This document shows, one piece after another, positions 28,097 to 38,399 of a stretch of DNA of 64,000 nt. The notes below the pieces were generated by a model, which worked only from the letters and a program-made list of their open reading frames with translations, was not told the DNA's origin and did not search any database. This DNA comes from Candidatus Sericytochromatia bacterium. GTDB taxonomy: Bacteria > Cyanobacteriota > Sericytochromatia > S15B-MN24 > UBA4093. A program made the position numbers and the translations under genes. The stretch spans positions 128,001-192,000 of the forward strand of contig JAKFCT010000028.1 in the NCBI GenBank assembly GCA_036676495.1. Reading direction: 5' to 3'. Numbering within the stretch: position 1 is the stretch's first letter; every line of letters starts with the position of its first letter.

Positions 28097-31000
28097 ACCA
28101 GGACCTCCTCAGGCTGGGCGATCGCCGGCTTCTGGCGGCGGCCCAGGGCGCGATATAGAACCGGCAGCAGGAAGAGCGTCAGCGCGGTCGACGAGAACAA
28201 CCCGCCGATGACGACCCACGCCAGCGGCCGTTGGATCTCGGAGCCGATGCCCGTCGAGAGCGCCAGCGGCATGAGGCCCAGGCTGGCCACCATCGCCGTC
28301 ATCAGGACGGGACGCAGACGGATGAGACAGCCTTCCCGGACCGCCAGGTCGATGGGCATCCCTTCGGCCACCAGCTTGTTGAGCGTGCTGACCAGGATGA
28401 CGCCGTTCTGCACTGCGACCCCGAAGAGGGCGATGAAGCCGACCGAGGCGCTTACGCTCAGGTGCTGACCCGAGAGGAACAGGGCCGCGATGCCGCCGAT
28501 CAGGGCGAACGGGATGTTCAGGATGATCAGCGCCGCATGGGGCACCGACCCGAAGGTCCCGAAGAGCAGCAGGAAGATCAGGCCGATGACCACCGGGACC
28601 ACCACGGAGAGGGTTCCCATGGCTCGCTGCTGGCTCTCGAACTGGCCGCCCCAGGTGGTCCAGTAGCCGGCGGGAAGCTCGATCTCCGCGTCGATGCGCT
28701 TGCGCGCGTCCGCCACGAAGGAGCCGATGTCCCGGCCGTGCACGTTGGACTCGATGACGATCCGGCGCTGGCCGTTCTCGCGGCTCACGACCGCCGGCCC
28801 GCTCTCCACGGCGATCCGGGCCACCTGGGACAGGGGAACCTGGTAGCCCGAGGGAGTCGGGACCCGAACCGCCCCGATCTTGAGGGGATCGTCCCGGTAG
28901 GTCGCGGGAAGGCGGACGGCCACGCCGATGCGGCGCTGGCCCTCCTGGATATGGGTGACCACCTGGCCGCCGATGGCCGCCCCGATGACCTCGCCGAGAT
29001 CATCCGAGGAGAGGCCGTAGCGCGCCATGGCCGCCCGGTCGTACGCGACCTGGACCATCGCGAGGCCGGCGGATTGCTCGGCCTTCACGTCGATCGCCCC
29101 GGGGATCTCCTGGAGGATGGCCTGAGCGGCGGCGGCCTTCTCGGCCAGCACGTCCAGGTCGTCTCCGAAGATCTTGAGCGCCACCTGGCTCTTCACGCCG
29201 GAGATCAGCTCGTCCACGCGGACGGCGATGGGCTCGCCGAACGCCAGGCCGATGCCCGGCACGTGGCTGGTCGCCTCCTCCATCTTCTCCACGAGCTCGT
29301 CCTTGGTCTTGGCCGTGGTCCATTGCTCATGCGGCTTGAGCTTGATGAAGATGTCCGACATGCTCACGTCCATGGGGTCGGAGGCCACCTCGGCGCGGCC
29401 CGTCCGGGAGACGACCGACACGACCTCCGGGAACCCCAGCAGGATTTTCTCGACCGCGTTGGCCTGCTCGTTGGCTTTTTCAAGCGAAACGCTCGCGAGG
29501 CGCGAGGCCGAGATGACGATCGACCCCTCATCCATCTTGGGAAGGAACTCGGAGCCCAGGCGCGGCACCAGTGCCAGCGCGGCGACCAGGGCCACGACGG
29601 CGCCGGCGAAGATCGCCTTGCCATGGTCGAGCGACCAGTTCAGGGCCCGGGAATACCCCCGGCGAAGCAGGACCAGCAGCGGATTCTCTTTCTCGACCAG
29701 CTGGCCCTTGAGCCAGAAGGACGACAAGACCGGCACCAGGGTCAGCGCCAGGACCAGCGAGCCCAGCATGGCGAAGGAGATGGTGAAGGCCATCGGGCTG
29801 AACATCTTCCCTTCCATGCCCTGAAGGGTGAAGAGGGGAAGGAAGACCACGATGATGATGGCGATCGCGAAGACCACCGGACGGCCCACTTCCGTCGCCG
29901 CATGGAAGATCGTCTGGAGGGTGGGATGCTTTCCGTGATCCTCGGAGAGGTGGCGGAAGATGTTCTCGACCATGACGATGCTGGCGTCCACCATCATGCC
30001 CAGGCCGATCGCCAGGCCTCCGAGGCTCATGAGGTTGCCCGGCAGGTTGAAGAGCTTCATCATCCCGAAGGCGAAGAGCATCGCCAGGGGGATGGTCAGC
30101 GCCACGATGAGGCTGGAGCGCAGGTTCCAGAGGAAGAAGAGCAGCACCGCGACGACCAGGACGCCGCCCTCGATCAGGGATTTCTCGACGGAGCCCACGG
30201 CCTTCGAGATGAGCTCGTTCTGGTCGTAGAAGGGCACGAGCTTGACGCCGTCGGGAAGGGCCTTGCCGGCTTCCGCCATGCGGTCCTTGACCCGGTCGAT
30301 GACCTCGCGGGTGTTCTCGCCCTTGAGCTTCATGACGATGCCGATCACGGTCTCGGTGCCGTTGCGGGTGGCCGCGCCCTGGCGCGGAGCTGCTCCCATG
30401 ACGACCTGGGCCACGTCCCGGAGATAGATGGGCTTGCCTTGCCGCATGGCGACGACGCTGGCCTCCAGCTCCTCGGGAGTCGCGGCGAGCCCCAGGCCGC
30501 GGATCAGGTACTGTTCGTCCCCGTGATTCAGGTAGTTGCCGGCCGCGTTCGCATTGCTGCGGGCGACGGCCGTCATCACGTCATGCAGGGTCAAGCTGTA
30601 GGCCGTGAGACGATCCGGAAGCACCTCGACCTGAAGCTGCTTGAGCTCTCCGCCCAGGCTGTTGACCTCGGTGACACCGGGGACCGAGCGCAGGAAAGGA
30701 CGGACGATCCAGTCCTGGAGGCTCCGACGCTCGGCAAGCGAAAGGGGCCCCTCGACGGTGTACTGGAAGATCTCGCCCATGCCCGTGGCGATGGGCCCCA
30801 TCGCGGGCTTCACGCCCTCGGGCATCTCGCTCGCGACGTTCGAGAGGCGCTCGCCGACCAGTTGACGGGCGAGATAGATGCTCACGTCGTCGTGGAAGAC
30901 CACCGTGATGACCGAGAGGCCGAACTTGGAGCTGGAGCGGACTTCTTGCACTTTCGGCAGGCCGCTCATCTCCATCTCGATGGGGTAGGTCACCAGACGC

Positions 31001-31185
31001 TCGACCTCCACCGGGGCCATGCCGTCGGCTTCGGTGAGCACCTGGACCTGGACGTTGGTGACGTCCGGCAGGGCGTCGATGGGTAGCGAGGTGAAGGCCC
31101 AGGCTCCCCAGCCGCCGATGAGCAGGCTGAGAACGATGACCAGGAGGCGTTGCGACAGCCCGAAGCGTAGAAGCTTGTCGATCAT
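28093..31185 (-). CDS. czcA: CzcA/CusA-family heavy-metal RND permease
   Basis: LPIDALPDVTNVQVQV, NLMSLGGLAI...DASIVMVEN, RLRPVLMTA, EIQRPLA. Confidence 0.93.
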   Translation of the reverse strand: MIDKLLRFGLSQRLLVIVLSLLIGGWGAWAFTSLPIDALPDVTNVQVQVLTEADGMAPVEVERLVTYPIEMEMSGLPKVQEVRSSSKFGLSVITVVFHDDVSIYLARQLVGERLSNVASEMPEGVKPAMGPIATGMGEIFQYTVEGPLSLAERRSLQDWIVRPFLRSVPGVTEVNSLGGELKQLQVEVLPDRLTAYSLTLHDVMTAVARSNANAAGNYLNHGDEQYLIRGLGLAATPEELEASVVAMRQGKPIYLRDVAQVVMGAAPRQGAATRNGTETVIGIVMKLKGENTREVIDRVKDRMAEAGKALPDGVKLVPFYDQNELISKAVGSVEKSLIEGGVLVVAVLLFFLWNLRSSLIVALTIPLAMLFAFGMMKLFNLPGNLMSLGGLAIGLGMMVDASIVMVENIFRHLSEDHGKHPTLQTIFHAATEVGRPVVFAIAIIIVVFLPLFTLQGMEGKMFSPMAFTISFAMLGSLVLALTLVPVLSSFWLKGQLVEKENPLLVLLRRGYSRALNWSLDHGKAIFAGAVVALVAALALVPRLGSEFLPKMDEGSIVISASRLASVSLEKANEQANAVEKILLGFPEVVSVVSRTGRAEVASDPMDVSMSDIFIKLKPHEQWTTAKTKDELVEKMEEATSHVPGIGLAFGEPIAVRVDELISGVKSQVALKIFGDDLDVLAEKAAAAQAILQEIPGAIDVKAEQSAGLAMVQVAYDRAAMARYGLSSDDLGEVIGAAIGGQVVTHIQEGQRRIGVAVRLPATYRDDPLKIGAVRVPTPSGYQVPLSQVARIAVESGPAVVSRENGQRRIVIESNVHGRDIGSFVADARKRIDAEIELPAGYWTTWGGQFESQQRAMGTLSVVVPVVIGLIFLLLFGTFGSVPHAALIILNIPFALIGGIAALFLSGQHLSVSASVGFIALFGVAVQNGVILVSTLNKLVAEGMPIDLAVREGCLIRLRPVLMTAMVASLGLMPLALSTGIGSEIQRPLAWVVIGGLFSSTALTLFLLPVLYRALGRRQKPAIAQPEEVLV

Positions 31186-31186
31186 G

Positions 31187-32347
31187 CTACTCGCCTCCGA
31201 ACTGGGCCTTACGGGCCTGCGAGCGCAGGTCGAAGCTGCCCTGGGTCACGATGGGCGTCCCCGGCTGGGGACCGGCGAGCAGCTCGACGAATTCGGAGTT
31301 GCTCTCGCCCGAGCGCACGACGACTTCCTCGTACTGGCCCTGCTCCCGGGGCACGTAGATGAAGGCCCGGTCTCCCTCGCGCTGGAGGGCGGCCGTGGGA
31401 ACCGTGGCGACGCCGGGGCGGCTGAGCCCCAGGGAGACCGTCACGGACATGCCGGGCCGGAACTTCCCGTCCGGATTGGGAAGGTCGATCAGGACCTGCC
31501 CCGTGCGGCTGGAAGCCTCGACGGTGGGCGAGAAGCCGACGACCTTGCCCGTGAACGGACGCCCGGGAAGGGCCGACAGCGTGACCTTGGCCACCACGCC
31601 CCGGGTGAGGGCGAGGAAATCCCGCTCGGGGAGATTGGCCTGGACCCGCACGAGACGCAAGTCGAGCAGCTCGAACAGGGGCTCTGTCGAATCCGGAAGG
31701 ACGTACTGGCCGACCGCCGCGTGACGCTCGACGATGGTGCCGGCCATGGGAGCGCGAAGCACGACCTTGGGGTCGATGCGCTTGAGGGAAGCAATCTCGC
31801 CGTCCTCAAGGCCCAGAACCCTCAGCTCCTCCTTGGCCTGAGCCAGCGAGAGCTGGGCCGCCGCGTCGCGCTGCTCGGCCGTATCGAGCTCCTGCTTGGA
31901 GCCGAGATCGGCATCCAGCAGGCCGCGCTGGCGGTTGCGCTCGCGGCGGGCGAGATCGGCCTCGCCCTTGGCTTTCAGGTAAGCCGATTGGGCCGAGCCC
32001 AGAGCGGCGCTCGAAAGGGTGGCCAGGGGAGCTCCGGCGTCGACCCGGTCTCCGACCTTGGCGTGGAGCTTGACGAGATGGCCGCTGAGAGGGGCATGGA
32101 CGACGCTCTCGGCCTCGGGGCGGGAGCTGACTTGGCCGGGGGCCTCTCGGGTGGTCGTGAAGTCGCGAAGCTCGACGCTGGCGGTGGCCAGCTTGACGAG
32201 CGCGCGCGCCTCCTCGGGGAGCGTGACGATGCCCGAGGGGGCTTCCTCGGAGGTTTCTTGAGCGGGCTCGGGTGCGTGGCTGCAACCGGCCAGACCGGTC
32301 AGCGCACTGGAAACGAGGGCAAGGGGAATCACGTGACGCCAGAACAT
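31187..32347 (-). CDS. czcB: RND periplasmic adaptor (CzcB-like)
   Basis: lipobox LAGC, APLSG/APMAG lipoyl-like halves, NPDGKFRPGM. Confidence 0.88.
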   Translation of the reverse strand: MFWRHVIPLALVSSALTGLAGCSHAPEPAQETSEEAPSGIVTLPEEARALVKLATASVELRDFTTTREAPGQVSSRPEAESVVHAPLSGHLVKLHAKVGDRVDAGAPLATLSSAALGSAQSAYLKAKGEADLARRERNRQRGLLDADLGSKQELDTAEQRDAAAQLSLAQAKEELRVLGLEDGEIASLKRIDPKVVLRAPMAGTIVERHAAVGQYVLPDSTEPLFELLDLRLVRVQANLPERDFLALTRGVVAKVTLSALPGRPFTGKVVGFSPTVEASSRTGQVLIDLPNPDGKFRPGMSVTVSLGLSRPGVATVPTAALQREGDRAFIYVPREQGQYEEVVVRSGESNSEFVELLAGPQPGTPIVTQGSFDLRSQARKAQFGGE

Positions 32348-32362
32348 GAGGAACTCCTTATA

Positions 32363-32419
32363 TGTCAGCCGCCGGCGCTAAATGACAGCCGCAGGCGCTA
32401 GTTAGAGAGGCAGGCGCTA
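32363..32419 (-). repeat. three degenerate ~20-bp tandem units matching the repeat-family left end
   Basis: TGTCAGCCGCCGGCGCTA, TGACAGCCGCAGGCGCTA, GAGAGGCAGGCGCTA. Confidence 0.6.
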
Positions 32420-33625
32420 GCGCCCCGCGGCCGTCTGAAGCCGCAGGAGGGTGAGCTGGTAGTCGAGGTGAGCCTTCGCCCTGTTGGACTCGGCCTGGCT
32501 GAACGCATGGCGGGCGCCCAGCAGCTCGGCGCGATTGCCGGCACCGAGCTTGAAGCGCTCGTCGGCCTTCTCCAGCAAATGCTCGGCATGCGGGATCAGG
32601 CGCTCGGTCACGTCCACGAGGCGAGAACGGGCCGCGACCGCCTCGTAGTAAGCGGCCAGGACCTCCCGCGAGATCGCTTGCTTCGAGGCGAGCAGCTCCA
32701 CGTCCAGGCGGGCCGCGTCCGCGGTGGCCGCCTTGCGCTCGGCCTCGTGGCCGTTCCAGACCGGCAACGGAAGATCGAAGCTGCCGAGAAGCAGCGGATC
32801 GGAGTTGGACGCCGTTCCGGCCTGCGCCTCCAGCTCGCCTTCCCCGAACCTCAGGGACTCCGCCAGGCGGATGCCGCGGACCTCACGGCGGCGGGCGATC
32901 GCCACCTGCTGCGGCTCAGGACGGTTCGCCTGGGCCTCGCCGATCCATTCCGACAAGGGAGCCAACGGCCCGACCTCGAAGCTAGGCGGAGCCAAGTCGA
33001 ACGCCGCCTCTTCCTCTTGCCCCAGCAGGAAATTCAGCCGTGCCAGCTGACCCTTGGCTTGTTGCTGGGCGTGACGCTGGGCCAGCTCCGCTTCGAGCAG
33101 GTCGAGCTCGGCATCGATCAGCTCGTGGCGGGAGGCAGTGCCCATCTCCACGCGCTTGCGGGTCCGATTCAGCTCGTCGCGCTGCCAGTCGAGATCGCGC
33201 GTCAGGCGCTGCAGTTCGGTCTTGGCCAGCCACGCCTGCCAGTAGGCTTCCTTGGCCTGCGCTCCCACCTCTTGGGTCAGGCGCGCGCGCTGCAGCCCCA
33301 GGATTTCCACGTCCTCCTCGGCCTGGGCGCGCCGCTGAGAGGCCAATCCGCGGAAGTCCAGCAGCTGGCGGAACCCGAGGGTGAACTGGTTGTGATCGGC
33401 GGTCGGCGAGAGCTGCAGCTGGCCGACCAGGCTCGGGTTGTTCCGGGCTCCGGAGACGAGGGCCCGGGCCTTCGCGGCTTCAATGGCATGATCCATCGCC
33501 TTGATGACCGGGCTCTGGGCGATCGCCTTGGCGGAGAGCTCCTCCTGGGTGAGGGGAGTGCCCCACGCCGCTCCCGCCGGGGTGGCGACGAGCAGCAGCA
33601 GAGCGAGAGAACATCGCGCGCGCAT
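32417..33625 (-). CDS. czcC: TolC-family outer membrane efflux protein (CzcC-like)
   Basis: signal peptide, helical repeats, LPLPVWN motif; first gene of the czc operon. Confidence 0.85.
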   Translation of the reverse strand: MRARCSLALLLLVATPAGAAWGTPLTQEELSAKAIAQSPVIKAMDHAIEAAKARALVSGARNNPSLVGQLQLSPTADHNQFTLGFRQLLDFRGLASQRRAQAEEDVEILGLQRARLTQEVGAQAKEAYWQAWLAKTELQRLTRDLDWQRDELNRTRKRVEMGTASRHELIDAELDLLEAELAQRHAQQQAKGQLARLNFLLGQEEEAAFDLAPPSFEVGPLAPLSEWIGEAQANRPEPQQVAIARRREVRGIRLAESLRFGEGELEAQAGTASNSDPLLLGSFDLPLPVWNGHEAERKAATADAARLDVELLASKQAISREVLAAYYEAVAARSRLVDVTERLIPHAEHLLEKADERFKLGAGNRAELLGARHAFSQAESNRAKAHLDYQLTLLRLQTAAGR

Positions 33626-33815
33626 GACTTCCTTCCTGAGGTGGGCCAGGACCCCATCGGCCGGCCGAGAGCGGAGACGCTTGATCGAGCCTAGCAGGCG
33701 TTCGTGAAAAAATCGGGGAAAAGCCGCAAGCGCCCCGTGCAGCCATTGGACGGGGTAGCTTCCCCTATCCTAACATCCCTCCCCGCCTCTGCCCCCCCGG
33801 AAAGCTGAAAAGAAG

Positions 33816-33848
33816 TCGGGCCCGCGATCCTGAGGATCGCGGGCCCGA
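33816..33848. terminator. 16-bp perfect hairpin
   Basis: TCGGGCCCGCGATCCT-G-AGGATCGCGGGCCCGA; followed on the minus strand by CTTCTTTT. Confidence 0.7.
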
Positions 33849-33862
33849 GAGGGGAAGGGTTG

Positions 33863-33953
33863 GCGCCCGGGGCGGTTTCGAAAGGCCGCGAGAGATAGCC
33901 GTGAAGCTGACCGCATCAGGATGAACAGTTTCTCTCGCGGTCCTGTGGAAACC
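33863..33953 (+). repeat. structured dispersed repeat, copy B
   Basis: GCGCCCGGGGCGGTTTCGAAAGGCCGCGAGAG...CTCTCGCGGTCCTGTGGAAACC; shares GCCGTGAA and ATGAACAG loop words with copy A. Confidence 0.8.
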
Positions 33954-33961
33954 ACGTGGGT

Positions 33962-34189
33962 CTATGACTTCGTGAAGGTGATGAACCAATCGGACGGCGA
34001 CTCCTGCCTCACCGCATGGGAGAAGCCGCGGCCGGCGAGCACGCCGTAAAGCGGCACCGGCTCGAAGGTATTGCGCAGCACCAGGCTGTCTCCGCTCTCC
34101 AGGCCGCTGATGGCGGCCATGATGTCCGCGAAGGGTTCGCGCCCCTCGGCATGGTAGTGGCGGACATCCAGTTCGACGTTTCGGGACAT
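33962..34189 (-). CDS. DUF2249-domain protein
   Basis: LDVR...EPF..IM...NTFEPVPLYGVL..RGF; GAGGAGG RBS. Confidence 0.88.
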   Translation of the reverse strand: MSRNVELDVRHYHAEGREPFADIMAAISGLESGDSLVLRNTFEPVPLYGVLAGRGFSHAVRQESPSDWFITFTKS

Positions 34190-34354
34190 GAGGCCTCCTC
34201 AAAAGACGCGGGGGATCGTTAACCACGTTAAGGGCCAGAAACCGCTCCGTCACTGAGGTAGCTCAAAGAGGAGGAGGCTGGACGAGAAGCGATCCTTCCT
34301 GTTAGCTTGAGGGAGAGCATGCAACGAGGCATGCAGCGAAAAAGGGAGATCGCG

Positions 34355-35638
34355 ATGACGACCCAGAAGCCCGACTTTTCCCCCGAAACCCTCATGATGA
34401 GCCATGGCTACGACCCCTTCCTCTCGGAAGGCGCGGCGAAGCCCCCCATCTTCATGACCTCGACCTTCGTCTTCCGGAGCGCCGAGGAGGGCGAGCAATA
34501 CTTCAAATGGGCCTACGGCCTGGAGCAGCGTGAGCACGACCAGACCATGGGGCTCATCTACTCCCGGCTCAACAACCCGGGCCTGCAGATCCTCGAAGAG
34601 CGCCTGGCGGTCTGGGACGAGGCCGAGATGGCGCTGTCGTTCGCGAGCGGCATGGCGGCCATCACGACCTCGGTCATGGCCCACACCAAGCCCGGCGACG
34701 TGCTGCTCTACAGCATGCCGGTCTACGGCGGCACGGAGTTCCTCTTCGAGAAGATCCTCCCCAAGTTCGGCATCGAGACCCGGTCCTTCCCGGCGGATCT
34801 GCCGCTGGACGAGTTGGAGGCCATGGCGCGGGAGATCGGCGATCGCCTCTCGGTGATCTACCTCGAATCCCCCGCCAACCCCACCAACCGCCTGATCGAC
34901 ATCGCCGGCATCGCGCGGATCGGCCGCAAGCTCACGTACGGCGATCGCCACGTCCTCACCTTCGTCGACAACACCTTCCTCGGCCCCGTCTTCCAGAAGC
35001 CCCTCGCCCTGGGCGCCGACGTCGTCCTCTACTCCGCCACCAAGTACCTGGGCGGGCACAGCGACGTCATCGCCGGAGCCGTCTCGGGACGCAAGGAGGT
35101 CATGGAGGCCATCGGGGTCTACCGCACCATCATGGGCTCCATGCCGGATCCGTTCACCTGCTGGCTGCTGCTGCGCTCGCTAGAGACCCTCAAGATCCGC
35201 ATGGAGGCGCAGATGGCGAACGCCCAGCGCATCGCCGAACGTCTCGCCGCGCATCCGCTGGTCGAGCGCGTCTTCTACCCGACCTTGCTGGATCCCGAGT
35301 CGCGCCAGTACGCCATCTTCAAGTCCCAGTGCACCGGCTCGGGCGCCCTCATCTCCTTCGAGATCAAGGGTGGCAAGGCCGAGGCCTTCCGCTTCCTCAA
35401 CGCGGTCAAGCTCTGCAAGCTCGCGGTCAGCCTCGGAGGCACCGAGAGCCTGGTCGAGCACCCTTCCACCATGACCCACAGCGACATCCCGGTCGACGTC
35501 CAGCAGCGCTACGGCATCACCGACAGCCTGATTCGCCTCTCCGTCGGAGTGGAGAACGTGGACGACCTCATGAGCGACCTGACGCAGGCCCTTGAAACGA
35601 GCCAGCGCAAGGAAACCGCCACCGCGGGCACTCCATAA
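34355..35638 (+). CDS. PLP-dependent trans-sulfuration enzyme (methionine gamma-lyase / cystathionine gamma-synthase family)
   Basis: YSRLNNP, FASGMAAI, ESPANPT, VDNTF, YSATKYLGGHSD, AVSLGG. Confidence 0.93.
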   Translation: MTTQKPDFSPETLMMSHGYDPFLSEGAAKPPIFMTSTFVFRSAEEGEQYFKWAYGLEQREHDQTMGLIYSRLNNPGLQILEERLAVWDEAEMALSFASGMAAITTSVMAHTKPGDVLLYSMPVYGGTEFLFEKILPKFGIETRSFPADLPLDELEAMAREIGDRLSVIYLESPANPTNRLIDIAGIARIGRKLTYGDRHVLTFVDNTFLGPVFQKPLALGADVVLYSATKYLGGHSDVIAGAVSGRKEVMEAIGVYRTIMGSMPDPFTCWLLLRSLETLKIRMEAQMANAQRIAERLAAHPLVERVFYPTLLDPESRQYAIFKSQCTGSGALISFEIKGGKAEAFRFLNAVKLCKLAVSLGGTESLVEHPSTMTHSDIPVDVQQRYGITDSLIRLSVGVENVDDLMSDLTQALETSQRKETATAGTP

Positions 35639-35645
35639 CCCCTTC

Positions 35646-35676
35646 GTCGGACCCGGAAGTGACTTCCGGGTCCGAC
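35646..35676. terminator. 15-bp perfect hairpin
   Basis: GTCGGACCCGGAAGT-G-ACTTCCGGGTCCGAC just after the stop at 35638. Confidence 0.6.
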
Positions 35677-35727
35677 ACTCCCTTCGACCCCTTCCGACCC
35701 TGGCAGGATGAGGTTGCATCCCCGCCC

Positions 35728-38220
35728 ATGACACGACTTGCGACGCTGCGAACGGTCCTCCTCAAGGCCATGGCCCTCATGGCCATCGGCGTCTGGCTAC
35801 TGGTGACCTACAGCGTGGTCCGAGAGATCGGCCAACCCTTCGCCGGCTTCCGCTTCGAGCAAAGCCTCTCCGTCTCTCCCCAGAACTCCCTGCAATGGAA
35901 CGGCCCCCGAGCGGGCCTCACGTCCTATGACCGCTTGCTGTCCGCGAACGGAGAAGCGCTGCGGGTCAGCTCCGACCTCAAGCGGATCGTCAAGCAGCTT
36001 CCGGCGGGCACGCCCATCACCTACGAGATCCAGCGCCAGGACCAGCGCCTGAGCGTGACGGTGAAGACCCAGGTCCTGGAAGGCTGGGACTTCGTCAGGG
36101 CCTTCCTTCCCACGCTTCTCAACGGGTTACTGCACCTGCTCGTGGGAGCCTGGGCCTTCTGGTTGCGGCCCACGCATCCGGCCGCGCAGGCTCACCTCCT
36201 GGTGACCATCGCCGTGGGACTCTTCTTCCAGGTGCTCGGAGTGGACTTCACCATGGCGCATTGGTTCACTCCGGCCTACGTGGCGGGCGGCTGGTTCCTG
36301 GGAGCGACCAGCCTTCACTTCGCCATGGTCTTCCCGTCCCGGCTGGGCCTCGTCCGACGCCATCCTTGGCTGCCTTTGCTCGCCTACCTGCCGGCCGCAG
36401 CCATGGCCACCCTGCACGTCGCCACCTATAACGCGCTCAACTACGTGCTGGACCCGACCGCGTGGAGCCCCAACCTCCTGCCCGTCTGGGCCGTCTGGAC
36501 CGCTCTCGGCTTCGCCGCGTCCTTCGTCCGGGTGCTGATCAGCAGCTTCCGCAGCCCCGATCCGCAGGCCCGCAGCCAGGCGCGCATCGTGCTCCTGGGC
36601 CTGGTGATCGCCTACCTCCCGAGCATGCTGCTCTTCCTCATCCCGGTCCTGCGCCACGAGCTCGCGACCATCTCCATCGCGACGCTCACCATGGCCTACG
36701 CGTGCTTCCTGATCTTCCCGCTCTCGGTGGCCTACGCGGTCCTGCGCCACCAGCTCTTCGGGATCACGCAGGCCGTCAAGAAGACCCTGACCTACGCGGC
36801 CGTGACCGCCGCCTTGGGTGCGCTTTACTTCCTGCTGCTCGAAGGCACGCGCGCCTATCTGGGTCTTCATTCCCAGGCCTCCAACCTCCTGGTCATCCTG
36901 ACGCTCACCGTGATCTTCGCCCCCCTTTACCAGCGAATCCAGGCGAGTATCGACCGGCTCTTCGCCCGCTCTCCGGTCCTGGCTCAGAAGGTCGCCGCGG
37001 ACTTCGGCAAGGAAGCGCAAGACGAGCGGGATCCGGGGCGGCTCTTGGGGCTCTTCGCGAGAAAGATCGGCGAGTTGCTGGATCCGGAGGTCCTCGCCAC
37101 CTACCTGCGCGAGGAGCGCGGCGAGCTGACCCTGGCCGCGAGCTGGGGCGGCGCCGGGAACCTTCCCTCCGAGTTGACCTGCGACCATCCGATCGTGTAC
37201 CGCGCGGTGACGCTGAAGCAGGCGATCGCCGTCCCCCCGGGCGCGCTGCCGGGTTTGTCGGACGGCCTCTGCCTGCCGCTGCTGGTCCAGGGAGAGTCGA
37301 TTGGATGCCTGCTCATCGGGAAGCGCCGCGGCGGCTTCGACTACGAGGAGTCCGAGCGGCTCTTCCTGGTGACCATGGCCCAGCAGCTCGCCGTCTGGCT
37401 GAAGAACGCCCAGCTCTTCGAGCATCTTTCCCGGCGCAACGCCGAGCTCTCGCTCGCCAACCAGCACCTCCAGGAGCTGGATCGCCTCAAGGGGGACTTC
37501 CTCAACGCGGCCTCCCACGAGCTCCGCACGCCCCTGGCCTCCATCATGGGCTACTCCGAGTTCCTGGAGGAAGGGATGGGCGGCCCCGTCTCGCCCGAAC
37601 AGCTGGAGTTCGTCCGGGAAATTCAGCAAGGCTCTCAGCGCCTCCTGCGCCTGGTCGACGACCTGCTGGACTTCGCGCGTCTGGAGGCTGGAGGGTTCAG
37701 CCTGGATCTGCAGGAGGCCGATCTCCGGGAGGCGATCGCCGAGGTGGCCAAGAGCCTCGTCCCGCAGGCGATGGCCAAGGGAGTGAGCCTGGAGCTGGAG
37801 CTTCCGGACGCCCCCTGCGAGGCGCGCATGGACCCGCGGCGCATCGAACAGGTCCTGCTGAACTTGGTCGGCAACGCGCTGAAGTTCACCCCCGCCGAGG
37901 GTCGGGTGGTCATCCGGGTGCGCCGCGCGCCCGGGGCCTTCCGGGTCGAGGTGGAGGACTCCGGGATCGGCATTCCCCCGGCGCTCTGCCCCCGGCTCTT
38001 CGAGAAGTTCTTTCAGGTGGATCCCTCCACGACCCGATCGTACGGCGGGACGGGTCTCGGCCTCTCGATCGCCAAGGCGTTGGTCGAGGCGCACGGGGGA
38101 ACGATCGACGTGGTTAGCGAGCCCGGGAGAGGCTCTTGCTTCGGGTTCACCCTTCCGGATCCGGCCCCGGATCCGCGGGCGCTAACGCCGGACCCGCTTT
38201 ACTCCGCGGGCCGCGGCTGA
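35728..38220 (+). CDS. multi-TM sensor histidine kinase (PDZ-like, TM bundle, GAF, HisKA, HATPase)
   Basis: [17 protein letters not shown]-like segment, many TM helices, GAF ([16 protein letters not shown]), [14 protein letters not shown]. Confidence 0.9.
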   Translation: MTRLATLRTVLLKAMALMAIGVWLLVTYSVVREIGQPFAGFRFEQSLSVSPQNSLQWNGPRAGLTSYDRLLSANGEALRVSSDLKRIVKQLPAGTPITYEIQRQDQRLSVTVKTQVLEGWDFVRAFLPTLLNGLLHLLVGAWAFWLRPTHPAAQAHLLVTIAVGLFFQVLGVDFTMAHWFTPAYVAGGWFLGATSLHFAMVFPSRLGLVRRHPWLPLLAYLPAAAMATLHVATYNALNYVLDPTAWSPNLLPVWAVWTALGFAASFVRVLISSFRSPDPQARSQARIVLLGLVIAYLPSMLLFLIPVLRHELATISIATLTMAYACFLIFPLSVAYAVLRHQLFGITQAVKKTLTYAAVTAALGALYFLLLEGTRAYLGLHSQASNLLVILTLTVIFAPLYQRIQASIDRLFARSPVLAQKVAADFGKEAQDERDPGRLLGLFARKIGELLDPEVLATYLREERGELTLAASWGGAGNLPSELTCDHPIVYRAVTLKQAIAVPPGALPGLSDGLCLPLLVQGESIGCLLIGKRRGGFDYEESERLFLVTMAQQLAVWLKNAQLFEHLSRRNAELSLANQHLQELDRLKGDFLNAASHELRTPLASIMGYSEFLEEGMGGPVSPEQLEFVREIQQGSQRLLRLVDDLLDFARLEAGGFSLDLQEADLREAIAEVAKSLVPQAMAKGVSLELELPDAPCEARMDPRRIEQVLLNLVGNALKFTPAEGRVVIRVRRAPGAFRVEVEDSGIGIPPALCPRLFEKFFQVDPSTTRSYGGTGLGLSIAKALVEAHGGTIDVVSEPGRGSCFGFTLPDPAPDPRALTPDPLYSAGRG

Positions 38221-38267
38221 TACCATAGAGGATTAAGCGGTCCAATTCCGCATCATTTTTTGTTTAA

Positions 38268-38399
38268 GGTAGGGTCTACGCTTTCGAGCATCTACCCAAA
38301 CCCGCCGTATTAAAGCCACTGGCACCGCCTCGCGGCGCCAGGGCAGGGTTTCGTTAGACGCTCGCCCCTGCGTAGACCCTTCCGTTTGGAAGGATTCCT
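38268..38399 (+). promoter_or_regulatory. structured 5' leader of the DEAD-box operon
   Basis: 11-bp pairing 38271-38281/38370-38380 overlaps an SD-sequestering hairpin at 38378-38393. Confidence 0.5.

Noticed and set aside
28231-31086. Long alternative ORFs (e.g. 28231-31086 +, 38310-41222 -, 36127-38094 -, 54938-56959 +)
   Set aside because: Antisense shadows of well-supported genes, expected in high-GC DNA, with no recognisable motifs.
33626-33700. NiCo (czcD) riboswitch upstream of czcC
   Set aside because: I could not find the four-way junction or the conserved CUGAGCAGG / GCCGGG / GUGGGACAG segments.
34255-34320. SAM-I riboswitch upstream of the trans-sulfuration gene
   Set aside because: Loose resemblance (CTCAAAGAGGAGGAGGCTGG) but the GGCAACC, GGTGC and closing GAT elements are missing.
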